From Candidatus Hodarchaeota archaeon (GTDB taxonomy: Archaea; Asgardarchaeota; Lokiarchaeia; Sigyniarchaeales; SOKP01): 64,000 nt of DNA. Position 1 is the stretch's first letter, and every line of letters starts with the position of its first letter. Where the stretch lies: NCBI GenBank assembly GCA_048887225.1, contig JBHLJY010000002.1:32001-96000 (forward strand), in the 5' to 3' direction. Positions 30,825 to 40,391 of the stretch are shown in pieces. A program made the position numbers and the translations under genes. The notes beneath the pieces are model-generated. The model was given only the letters and a program-made list of their open reading frames with translations, was not told the origin of the DNA and did no database searches.

Positions 30825-32630
30825 ATGACAATAAGCGGAGAAAAGATAATTAGAGCACCGATTGCTTGTATTCTGGGTCATATTGACCATGGGAAAACTT
30901 CTCTATTGGATTACATTCGTGGTACTGTAGTTCAAAAAAGAGAGGCGGCAGGGATTACACAACACATTGGGGCTTCCTATTTTCCAACTGAAGATATTAA
31001 AGACTTCTTAATGAAGTCAAAAAAAGAATTTGCTGAAAAAGAAATTAAACTTCCGGGGATTTTAGTTGTCGATACACCTGGTCATGCAGCCTTCATGAAT
31101 TTGAGAAAAAGAGGTGGAGCTGTTGCAGATATTGCTATTTTAGTCATTGATGTTACAACAGGTACTATGCCTATAACTTGGGAATCCGTTCGAATATTAA
31201 GAGAACGTAAAACTCCTTTTGTAATTTCTGCCAATAAGATCGATAGAATTTCAGGTTGGAAATCTATAAAGGATGCTGATTTTTTGGATTCATACAATAA
31301 TCAAAAGCCTCATGTGAAAGAATTTTTAGATGAGAAGCTACTTGAAATTATGGGTAATTTCTTGGAAGAAGGATTCAAAGGAATTGATAGATACGATAAG
31401 ATAAAAGATTTTACAAAAAAAATCGCAATAGTTCCAACCAGTGCTAAGACTGGAGAAGGAATTTCTACTCTTTTAATGATATTAATGGGATTAGTCCAAC
31501 AATACCTTACACAGAATTTAAAATTCTCTGAAGGACCAGCTAAGGGCGTTGTACTAGAAGTCAAAAAAGAGAAAGGCTATGGAAAAACTATTGATATTTT
31601 AATATATGATGGAATTATCAAAAAAGGTGACAACTTTATCGTTGGAGGATTAGAAAAACCGATTAAATCAAAAGTTAGAGCCTTGTTAATGCCAAAACCT
31701 TTAGATGAAATTAGAGATCCGAGACAAAAATTTGATTCTAAAGAACTAATAAGTGCTGCTGCAGGTCTTAAAATACTCGCTCCAAATATTGAAGATGTAG
31801 TGGCAGGATCTCCTTTTAAAATAATAGCAGATCCTTCCGAAGAGGAAAATGTATACAACGAAATTGAAGCAGAAGTTGAAAGCATAAAAATAAAAACCGA
31901 TAAAGCTGGTGTTGTTTTAAAAACTGATACATTAGGATCTCTTGAAGCTTTAGAAAATCATTTTACAAAAAATGGAGTAAAGATTTCCATAGCAGATGTA
32001 GGTCCTATTAAAAAAGAAGATATTTTAAATGCCAATATTGTCAACGATTTTGATCCATATTCCGCCGTTGTTTTGGGCTTTAGCGTGCCTATTTTACCAG
32101 AAGCGAAGGAACAAGCCTATAAAGATAACATTAGAATTTTTACAAATAATGTAATCTATCGTTTATTAGAAGATTACATTGAATACGCTGAAACTAGGAG
32201 AGCTGAAGATACTGCTAAAGAATTGAGCGAATTAATCTTGCCAGCTAAAATAAAAATGTTCCCAGAATACATTTTCAGAAATTCAAATCCAGCTGTTTTT
32301 GGAGTGAGTGTCGAAGGAGGCACTTTAAAACCAAAAGTTCCTTTAATAACTGATGATGGTAAAAGGATAGGTAGAGTCCATCAAATACAAGATAAAGGAC
32401 AATCTTTAGAGAAGGCAGATAAAGATAGCGAAGTGGCAATATCAGTTCGGGGAATTGAAATCGGACGTGATATTGGAAAAGATGAAACGCTCTTTGTAAA
32501 CGTTCCAGAATCCCATGTAAGACAATTAATGTCGAAATTCCTAAATGAACTTACCTCAGATCAAAAAGAAGTTTTAAGGGATTTTATAAAATTAATGAGA
32601 AAAATTAATCATCCTTGGTGGGGAATGTGA
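30825..32630 (+). CDS. infB: Translation initiation factor aIF5B (IF-2)
   Basis: GHIDHGKTSLLD, EAAGITQHIGA, DTPGHAAF, NKID, DTLGSLEAL. Confidence 0.97.
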   Translation: MTISGEKIIRAPIACILGHIDHGKTSLLDYIRGTVVQKREAAGITQHIGASYFPTEDIKDFLMKSKKEFAEKEIKLPGILVVDTPGHAAFMNLRKRGGAVADIAILVIDVTTGTMPITWESVRILRERKTPFVISANKIDRISGWKSIKDADFLDSYNNQKPHVKEFLDEKLLEIMGNFLEEGFKGIDRYDKIKDFTKKIAIVPTSAKTGEGISTLLMILMGLVQQYLTQNLKFSEGPAKGVVLEVKKEKGYGKTIDILIYDGIIKKGDNFIVGGLEKPIKSKVRALLMPKPLDEIRDPRQKFDSKELISAAAGLKILAPNIEDVVAGSPFKIIADPSEEENVYNEIEAEVESIKIKTDKAGVVLKTDTLGSLEALENHFTKNGVKISIADVGPIKKEDILNANIVNDFDPYSAVVLGFSVPILPEAKEQAYKDNIRIFTNNVIYRLLEDYIEYAETRRAEDTAKELSELILPAKIKMFPEYIFRNSNPAVFGVSVEGGTLKPKVPLITDDGKRIGRVHQIQDKGQSLEKADKDSEVAISVRGIEIGRDIGKDETLFVNVPESHVRQLMSKFLNELTSDQKEVLRDFIKLMRKINHPWWGM

Positions 32631-32733
32631 TTTCTAAAGATTTGTGCGATATTTTATTAGTTTTTTTAAATTGTATATTATTTTGTGATTTTTGAATCAA
32701 TTTTTCTTTAGTTGATTCGTTAATTGAATAATG

Positions 32734-33357
32734 CTAATGTCTTGTTTCTAATGGTCTCTTTCGGTACTTAAAATATGCAATTGCTATTGTAGCGCCAGCA
32801 AATATCAATGCTAGATAAAATAATAAATAAAGCAGATCTATAAATCTTTCTAAAGACGTATTTTCAGAATCGTCATCATTATCATCGAGATCAGGAATAG
32901 GATTAACATATTTATGAAAAACTATAACATAGTAGGTTAATTCAGTTGATGATGGATTTGACGAGTCATTGTGATAGAATACAATGTACCATATATCATT
33001 TTTAGGAGGATCAAAATAGCCATAATCATTATCTAAACTTCCATTCGATAATACATCGTAGGCTTTATCTGGAAATTCTTCGTATTGTGTTTCATTCATC
33101 ACCATAACTGTAATATTGACAGGAGTTGAGTTGGTAGAATATCCCCAATACACTCTGTCAGTTATTACAGCACTAAAAGAAATAGATCTATTTTCTCCGT
33201 AATTGACATAACTGAAATCTGAAGCGCGAGGTTGTAAATAGCTTCTTTTATTATTTGAAATCTTTATAGACGGGAGTGGTAAATTAGAAATAAAAATAAT
33301 CGTGAAAAGCACTAATAAATAAGGCAATTTATTTTTCATTATCTTACCTAAATACAT
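32734..33357 (-). CDS. Predicted surface protein: signal peptide, beta domain, Asp-rich linker, C-terminal TM anchor
   Basis: Hydrophobic N-terminus; WYIVFYH beta motif; DDNDDD; TM helix followed by KYRKR. Confidence 0.6.
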   Translation of the reverse strand: MYLGKIMKNKLPYLLVLFTIIFISNLPLPSIKISNNKRSYLQPRASDFSYVNYGENRSISFSAVITDRVYWGYSTNSTPVNITVMVMNETQYEEFPDKAYDVLSNGSLDNDYGYFDPPKNDIWYIVFYHNDSSNPSSTELTYYVIVFHKYVNPIPDLDDNDDDSENTSLERFIDLLYLLFYLALIFAGATIAIAYFKYRKRPLETRH

Positions 33358-33535
33358 TACTTTTTCTCGTATTTAATAATAATTTTGAATTAGATAAATT
33401 TTAATCGGAAATTTTTTGGATGATCTTTTTCTATGTTTAATTAAAGAGAATCTAAATATTTCTTTTTCTTATTATAAAATAATTAATATTTTCTAAATTG
33501 CTGACATTATAATTATCAATATCAAGATTTGATCT

Positions 33536-34996
33536 ATGAGTTCTGTAAGCGAAATTTTAGAATCTGTATTAAAAGAGATTACCCCTACAAATCGAGAATT
33601 AACAGTAATTAATGAAATAGTAGAGAGATTAAAATTTTTATTAGAAAAAAAAGCAAAAGAATTAAAAATAGAATATACTAAAATTGAACCACAAGGTTCC
33701 ACGGGTATTAAACAAACTCAATTAAAAAACGATTTTGATATCGATTTATTTATTGGACTAAATTACGATTTATACAAACCAAAGTACGAGGGATTAAGTA
33801 AAAGTAAATTAAGGAAAGCATCGAAAAAAGACTTTTTAAATTTGTGTAATGAGTGGATCTTAAAAGCTTTAGATTTAAAAGAATTTAAAAATCCCCGCCT
33901 ATTGTATGCTGAACATCCTTACGTAACTGTAAATTACTTTATTCAAAATATTAAAATAGAAATTAATATTGTTCTTTATTTTGATTTGGACCTAGATTTT
34001 ATAAAAAAAAATGGTCCCATAACTGCTGTTGATAGATCACCATGGCACGGTAATTTTGTGAAAGATAACTTAACAAATGATCAAAAAAATGATGTTAGAC
34101 TATTAAAACAATTTTTTAAATCCTGTTATAGTTATGGTGATAAAAGTCCAGTAGGAAAAGTTGGATTCATTGGATACAGTGCAGAATTGTTAATTTATTA
34201 TTTTGGAACTATTCAAAAACTTTTTGAAAATTTTAATAAATTAAAAGAAAATCCTTTGGACTATTTCAATAGAAGCAAAAAAGAATTGGATAAGATAATT
34301 CATTTTCAAAACGATTATCTTATTATCATAGACCCTATTGATAAGAATAGGAATGTAGCATCGGCAATATCAGAAAAAGCATATAAGTATTGTAATCAAA
34401 GAGTAAAAACCTTCTTAAACAATCCCAATACTTACTTTTTTAAGATAAATCCAATACCGGAAGCGGATTTATCGAATTCTGAAGATCCTATCCTTTCAAA
34501 AACATATATTTTAGAATTTAACAGCGAAAACAATGGTGTTCATTATACTATTTATAGAGATAAATTATATTCTTTAGGGGATAGTATTAAAGTTAATGGA
34601 GAAAAAGAGTTTTCTCACGCTTCGCGGTTTGAAAACATTGCTTTTGAAGTATATTTTGAAGATGTTAAGAAAGAATATAATCTCGCATTATTTTGCAGTA
34701 AGCCAATAATTTCTAAAAGTTTTATTCGCAGGGGTCCACCAGTTAAAGAAAAATTTCACGCCGTTCAATTTAAAGAGAAAAATCCTAATTTTTTCGAAAA
34801 AAAAGGATATTTATGGGTGGAAACCGAAAGGAAATTTAACAATTTTTTTGAGTTTATAAAAGATTTTGTTCGTAAAAAAATTCCCGAATATCTAAATATT
34901 GTCAACATATCCATCTCGTTCGATGTCAAAACGACTTCTGGAAAAAGAGCGATTTATATCTTAAAAGAAATGGTTTTACCATTTTACAATATATAA
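33536..34996 (+). CDS. cca: Class I CCA-adding tRNA nucleotidyltransferase
   Basis: QGSTG..TQLKNDFDIDLF, YAEHPY, TAVDRSPWH, VRLLKQF, GYSAELLI, DPIDKNRNVASA, RRGPP. Confidence 0.9.
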   Translation: MSSVSEILESVLKEITPTNRELTVINEIVERLKFLLEKKAKELKIEYTKIEPQGSTGIKQTQLKNDFDIDLFIGLNYDLYKPKYEGLSKSKLRKASKKDFLNLCNEWILKALDLKEFKNPRLLYAEHPYVTVNYFIQNIKIEINIVLYFDLDLDFIKKNGPITAVDRSPWHGNFVKDNLTNDQKNDVRLLKQFFKSCYSYGDKSPVGKVGFIGYSAELLIYYFGTIQKLFENFNKLKENPLDYFNRSKKELDKIIHFQNDYLIIIDPIDKNRNVASAISEKAYKYCNQRVKTFLNNPNTYFFKINPIPEADLSNSEDPILSKTYILEFNSENNGVHYTIYRDKLYSLGDSIKVNGEKEFSHASRFENIAFEVYFEDVKKEYNLALFCSKPIISKSFIRRGPPVKEKFHAVQFKEKNPNFFEKKGYLWVETERKFNNFFEFIKDFVRKKIPEYLNIVNISISFDVKTTSGKRAIYILKEMVLPFYNI

Positions 34997-35134
34997 ATTT
35001 AACATAAATTCTCAATATTTTAGTCTCAAATTTAAATAAATTCACGCTTTATAGCTGTAATACATAAAATTTTTATGGTTTCTTATATTTTGATTTGTAA
35101 TTATTACAAAGGAATTTCTATTAAGTGTATATAG

Positions 35135-37387
35135 ATGGTAAAAGTAAAGAATCCAGAAGAAATCGCTAGATTGGTTACATCTGGCTCTTATGAGAAAAAA
35201 AGAATTTTCAGCATTACAGCTCACATTGATCACGGAAAAACTACAGCAACAGATTATCTATTGAGACGAGCTGGACTTATGAGACCAGAAGACGCGGGTC
35301 AATTACAAATGACTGATAGCGACGATGAAGAACAAGAACGCGGAATCACAATTTTTACGAGTGTAGTGCTGCTTTCTTTCCAAGATCCAAGAAAACCTGA
35401 CGATGACGAGCCATACATTTTTCAGCTGAATGATACGCCTGGACACATATCGTTCACGGGAGAAGTTTCTCGTGCACTCAGAGGAAGCGATGGTGCCATT
35501 ATATTGGTTGACGCACTCGAAGGAGTAATGACACAAACGGAGACCAACATTAGGTTAGCAGTAGGAGAAGAATTTTGCAAGCCCGTACTATTTATTAATA
35601 AAGTTGACAGATTGATAAGCGAACTAAAATTAAGTCCAAAAGAAACTTTTGAAAAAATAGATAAAATTACAAGAGAAGTTAACGAGTTAATTAAGAAGGT
35701 TAGACCTGAAGGATCAAATTGGTCAATTGATTTTGCTAAAAATTCTGTTGCTGTCGGTTCAGCAAAACACGGATGGGGTTTTACATATGAAATTTTGCTG
35801 GATAAGAAATTAAAACCTCAAGATGTTTTCGCAAAATATAACGAAGGAGATATTATGTGGTTAAGAGAAAACTTACCTCTTGATGAGTCAATGCTACGGA
35901 TGGTTGTTGATCATTTGCCTGATCCTATATCTGCAGCAAAATATAGAATACCCCACATCTGGGGGGGAGATCTCAGTACTGAACTTGGTCAGGCTCTTCA
36001 AAAGAGTGATCCAAAAGGACCTCTATATGGGATGATTACAAAAATATTCCTTGATCCTAAAAAAAATTATCAGGCAACTTTAATTGGACGAGTATTCTCT
36101 GGTATTTTTGACCAAACTGATTCATTGTATTTAGTTAATAGCAAAACTACGAATCGAGTAAAAAGATTAGGAGTAATGGAGATTACAGATATTTTAGATA
36201 TCTCAAGAATTCCCGCGGGGAACCTATTTGCTCTCTATGGATTTATTTGTCCTTCAGGTGAAACTTTTTTAGCTGCAGATAAGGTGCCAAAGGATAAAGA
36301 AGAAGCCGCAAGAATCCCTTCATTTGAAAAAATAAATTATGCATGTAAAGCTGTTGTATCGAGAAGCATTAAAGCACGAGATCCTCATGATCTCGCAAAA
36401 CTAGGAGAAATCGTTGGTAAATGGCTCCAAGCGGATCCTACGGCAGAATTTCGGCTAGATAAAGAGTCAATGGAGTATATTTTAAGTGGCATTGATCCTT
36501 TACAAATTGAAATTTTAACCAAAAGGATAAATAATCAAGTTAAAATTGAAATGGGAGAACCAATTATAGTGTATCGAGAAAAGATTAATAAGAAAAGCAA
36601 AGAATATCACACGAAATCATCAAATACACACAATCGTATATTATTATATGTAGAGCCTTTAGATGAAAAAACTGAGGAATTAATTGATTTGGGTAAGATT
36701 ACAGATTTACAAAATGAAAAAGAACGAGCTCAAATTCTAAGGGAAGAAGCAGGATGGGATACGAAAGAAGCGAGACGTATTGTTGATGTGTACAAAGGAA
36801 ATATTCTCGTTAACGGAACATCGGGATTACAACGTTTTGACAGAGTTAAAAATGATCTCGTAAGCTCGTTTAGAAATTGGCTTGAAGAGTGTATTTTAGC
36901 TAAAGAGCCTGCTATGGGAATAAGAGCAACTTTTACAGATATGGTTATCCATGAGGACCCAAGGCACACTCAATTTGCGCAAACCGCAAGCATGGTTTAT
37001 TCCGCTCTATCATTGGCAATGCTAGAAGCTGAACCTCATTTATTTGAACCAGTTCAAAGGATTGATGTCAAAACTCCTTCTGGAACCGAAGGTGGTGTTA
37101 ATTCAATAATAAACAAGCATCGCGGCAGAATTCATAATGTTGTTCCTGAAGGCGAGTATGTAAGAGTTCAAGGTCAAATTCCGGCAGCAGAAGTAATTGG
37201 GATTGCTGATGAAATTAGAAGTTCCACACAAGGAAGGGCATTTTTTGGCTATGAATTCAAAGGATTTGAAAGAGTCCCTCCTTCGCTAGAAGAGGAAGTA
37301 ATTTTAGATATAAGAAAACGCAAAGGAATGCCAGAAAGTTTGCCAAATTCCAAAAGCTGGGAGAGATTCATTTATAAAAGAACTTAA
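35135..37387 (+). CDS. Elongation factor 2 family GTPase (possibly the aEF-2p paralog) with altered diphthamide loop
   Basis: AHIDHGKTT, ERGITI, DTPGH, NKVD, EIRSSTQGRA; HEDPRHTQFAQ where HEDxxHRGPAQ is canonical. Confidence 0.9.
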   Translation: MVKVKNPEEIARLVTSGSYEKKRIFSITAHIDHGKTTATDYLLRRAGLMRPEDAGQLQMTDSDDEEQERGITIFTSVVLLSFQDPRKPDDDEPYIFQLNDTPGHISFTGEVSRALRGSDGAIILVDALEGVMTQTETNIRLAVGEEFCKPVLFINKVDRLISELKLSPKETFEKIDKITREVNELIKKVRPEGSNWSIDFAKNSVAVGSAKHGWGFTYEILLDKKLKPQDVFAKYNEGDIMWLRENLPLDESMLRMVVDHLPDPISAAKYRIPHIWGGDLSTELGQALQKSDPKGPLYGMITKIFLDPKKNYQATLIGRVFSGIFDQTDSLYLVNSKTTNRVKRLGVMEITDILDISRIPAGNLFALYGFICPSGETFLAADKVPKDKEEAARIPSFEKINYACKAVVSRSIKARDPHDLAKLGEIVGKWLQADPTAEFRLDKESMEYILSGIDPLQIEILTKRINNQVKIEMGEPIIVYREKINKKSKEYHTKSSNTHNRILLYVEPLDEKTEELIDLGKITDLQNEKERAQILREEAGWDTKEARRIVDVYKGNILVNGTSGLQRFDRVKNDLVSSFRNWLEECILAKEPAMGIRATFTDMVIHEDPRHTQFAQTASMVYSALSLAMLEAEPHLFEPVQRIDVKTPSGTEGGVNSIINKHRGRIHNVVPEGEYVRVQGQIPAAEVIGIADEIRSSTQGRAFFGYEFKGFERVPPSLEEEVILDIRKRKGMPESLPNSKSWERFIYKRT

Positions 37388-37527
37388 AAAATTTTATAAT
37401 ATTATTCTTATTCATAAATTAAAGAGTTCTTTCAATTCAAGAGTGTTATCAAATTAAAATTAGTTTTTACAGATTATCAATATTTAAAGAATTAAAACAC
37501 TATAATTATATTTAAAGAATAAATAAA

Positions 37528-38409
37528 TTGCGAAAGTACTTACTTAGCGATCAAGAAATGAACGAAGATCAAGGAACAAATGATGATTTAAACGATGATG
37601 ACCTACAAACTTATTTAAAAGATATAGAACATCTCAAATCCGATTTTTCAGATTTAGATGATTTAGACTTAGAAGAGATTCAGGAAATGAAAGAAGCGAT
37701 TGCTAAAGTTAGAGAAGAAGAATTAACGAGTGAAGTGGAGAAAATAACCGAAAGTAAAACTGAAATGAATAATTATACGGAACAAAAAAAAGAACTTATT
37801 TCAGATTTTTCAGATATGGATGAAATTGATTTCGATGAATTAAGAGAAATGAAGCAAGCAATTGAAACAGTGAAACAAGAAGAATTTCAAGATAGTTCTA
37901 AAAGTGAAATTGAATTTAAATCATCTCAAGAGATTTCTGAAGAGTTAGAAGAAAGAATTAAGCAAGAATTGATTAAAAAAAAAGCTAAAGAAGAAAAAGA
38001 AATAATCACACCTGAAAAGTTCTTAGACTATATTAAAACCAAACGCGATAAGATTTGGTATCACGCACTATATTATTTGGTATTTGAAGTAGAAGATCAT
38101 ACAGCAAGTAAAGCTTTATTATATGATATTTTAAAGGAAGTCACAAGTAAAAATGCTATTGATCCAATCCCAGAACATAAATTTTATTTCGGATTAGGGT
38201 ATATTCTAAGATTATCGTTAGATTCCAATAAAATAATTAGGTATATGAGCGGCGGAAAATTTAGAGTTAATACCAAAGTTAGTATTAAGAAATTGAAAGA
38301 ATTATTAGAAAAATCGGGAGAACCTATTAGCACACGACCAATTATCGAAGAAAATGAAAAGAAAAAAATGTTTAAAGATTTTCTAGAAGATGATTTTCTA
38401 GATATTTAA
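37528..38409 (+). CDS. Acidic hypothetical protein with two internal ~30-aa repeats
   Basis: SDFSDLDDLDLEEIQEMKEAI / SDFSDMDEIDFDELREMKQAI; globular C-terminal domain. Confidence 0.7.
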   Translation: MRKYLLSDQEMNEDQGTNDDLNDDDLQTYLKDIEHLKSDFSDLDDLDLEEIQEMKEAIAKVREEELTSEVEKITESKTEMNNYTEQKKELISDFSDMDEIDFDELREMKQAIETVKQEEFQDSSKSEIEFKSSQEISEELEERIKQELIKKKAKEEKEIITPEKFLDYIKTKRDKIWYHALYYLVFEVEDHTASKALLYDILKEVTSKNAIDPIPEHKFYFGLGYILRLSLDSNKIIRYMSGGKFRVNTKVSIKKLKELLEKSGEPISTRPIIEENEKKKMFKDFLEDDFLDI

Positions 38410-38480
38410 ATTTAGACTTATTAGGTTCAGGTGTAATTCTTAAAATTCATAATTTAGAATGAATTTGTTAAATCTTTAAA

Positions 38481-39116
38481 ATGAAGGAAAAACCATCACT
38501 ATTAATAATTGGAAATTCTAATGTTGGAAAAAGTTCTATTACACGATTGCTATTACCAAATCCAAGTAAATTTAAGGGAAAAACGGGCAAAAAACCTGGA
38601 AGTACTTTATTAATAAAACCTATTTCGCAACCAACTTTACCCTATAAAATAGTTGACTTACCTGGCTTCGGTTACTTGCGACAATCAAGTCGCAGAAGAG
38701 AGGAACATATTAAAAATCAAATAGTAATTCACATTGAAAGACAGTATAAGGATTATTTTTTTGGTTTAGTTGTGATTAATATCCTAAGAATTGAGGATGA
38801 AATTACAAAATACTATATTCAGAATAAGGAAACTATTCCATTAAGTTTTGAATTAATTAAATTTTTGAAAGAATTTAAAATCCCTTTATTAGTTTTAATA
38901 AATAAAATAGATAAGATTTCAAATAATGATAAGAAAAAAGCAATTAATTTTTTCGTTGATTCTGCAAATGAGTATGGTTTAAGTTTAACTCATTTAGATG
39001 AATATAATAATGAGACAGAAATTCCATATCTAGAATTTTCTGCTTTGAAAAAAACAAATTTGGGTAAATTAAAACAAATAATACATAATTTTCTAAAAAA
39101 TATCAAAAAAGTTTAA
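38481..39116 (+). CDS. engB: EngB/YihA-family GTPase
   Basis: GNSNVGKSS, GKKPGST, DLPGFGY, NKID, SA. Confidence 0.85.
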   Translation: MKEKPSLLIIGNSNVGKSSITRLLLPNPSKFKGKTGKKPGSTLLIKPISQPTLPYKIVDLPGFGYLRQSSRRREEHIKNQIVIHIERQYKDYFFGLVVINILRIEDEITKYYIQNKETIPLSFELIKFLKEFKIPLLVLINKIDKISNNDKKKAINFFVDSANEYGLSLTHLDEYNNETEIPYLEFSALKKTNLGKLKQIIHNFLKNIKKV

Positions 39117-39161
39117 GGTAATAGTGCCTTAAAACAATAAATCTCTCAAAATTATAAGTAT

Positions 39162-40388
39162 ATGAAATATATTATTTTAATTTGTGATGGAGCTGCGGAT
39201 TGGCCGATTAAAGATTTAGGTAATAAAACAATATTTGAAGCAGCTTACACCCCCTCAATGGATTGGATCGCTAATCACGGTCAGATGGGAATGTTAAAAA
39301 CCATTCCCGAAGGGTTAGACCCTGGTAGTGGATATGCTAATATGACTATTATGGGATATCGACCTGAAAAGGATTTCACTGGCCGTGGACCATTAGAAGC
39401 ATTAAGTGCGGGAGTAACGTTAAGCAAAACGGATATAGCGTTCAGATGTAATCTTATAACTATTTCTGAAGGATTAATTGAAGATTATTCATCAGGGCAT
39501 ATTCCTACAGAAGAATCCAAAATTTTAATAGAACATATTCAGTCTCAATTAAAGGAAAATGGAGTTGATTTCTTTCCCGGTGTACAATACCGCCACATCT
39601 TAAGGCTCAATGGTAATAAATTCTCCGAAAACATTATCTCAACACCTCCCCATGATCAACTCAGTAAACCATATAAAGAATTTTTACCAAAATCTAATGA
39701 TCTTGATGATGAAAAAGCTAATTTGACTGCGGATTATATTATTAAACTAATCGAAAGGAGTCATAAACCATTAATTGAACATAAAATCAATAAAAACAGA
39801 GCAAAAAATGGTAAAAGGATGGCAACTCATATATGGCCTTGGGGTGGAGGTAAAAAACCAAATATGGAGCCTTTTAATAAAAAATATGGTCTAAATGGAT
39901 CTGTCATTTCAGCTGTTGATTTAATATTCGGTATTGGAATTGCCGTAGGGCTAAAACCAGTTCGTGTTGAAGGGGCAACTGGCTTACCCGACACAAATTA
40001 CAAGGGAAAAGTAGAAGCAGCTCTAAATGAGTTAAAAGAAAAAGATTTAGTATATCTACATGTAGAAGCAATAGATGAAATGGGGCATACCGGCGATCCC
40101 AAAAAGAAAATAGCTGCTTTAAAAGACTTCGATCAATATATTATAAAACCGTTCATTGACACACAAGATGAATTTAATAATGAATTGGTAATTGTTGTCT
40201 TAGCAGACCATGCAACACCATGCAAAATTAGAACACATTCAAATGAACCGGTACCATTTGCAATTTATAATCCTAAGAAAGAATCTAAAATAAAGCGTTC
40301 ACGAAAATATTCAGAAAAGTCTGGAGAAGAAGGCGAGTTTGGTTTAATTGAAAATGGAGAAGATTTTATAAAACTCATTTTGAGGTAA
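39162..40388 (+). CDS. apgM: 2,3-bisphosphoglycerate-independent phosphoglycerate mutase
   Basis: DGAAD, PGSGYAN, GRGPLEA, FRCNL, HVEAIDEMGH, ADHATP..HSNEPVP. Confidence 0.93.
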   Translation: MKYIILICDGAADWPIKDLGNKTIFEAAYTPSMDWIANHGQMGMLKTIPEGLDPGSGYANMTIMGYRPEKDFTGRGPLEALSAGVTLSKTDIAFRCNLITISEGLIEDYSSGHIPTEESKILIEHIQSQLKENGVDFFPGVQYRHILRLNGNKFSENIISTPPHDQLSKPYKEFLPKSNDLDDEKANLTADYIIKLIERSHKPLIEHKINKNRAKNGKRMATHIWPWGGGKKPNMEPFNKKYGLNGSVISAVDLIFGIGIAVGLKPVRVEGATGLPDTNYKGKVEAALNELKEKDLVYLHVEAIDEMGHTGDPKKKIAALKDFDQYIIKPFIDTQDEFNNELVIVVLADHATPCKIRTHSNEPVPFAIYNPKKESKIKRSRKYSEKSGEEGEFGLIENGEDFIKLILR

Positions 40389-40391
40389 AGA

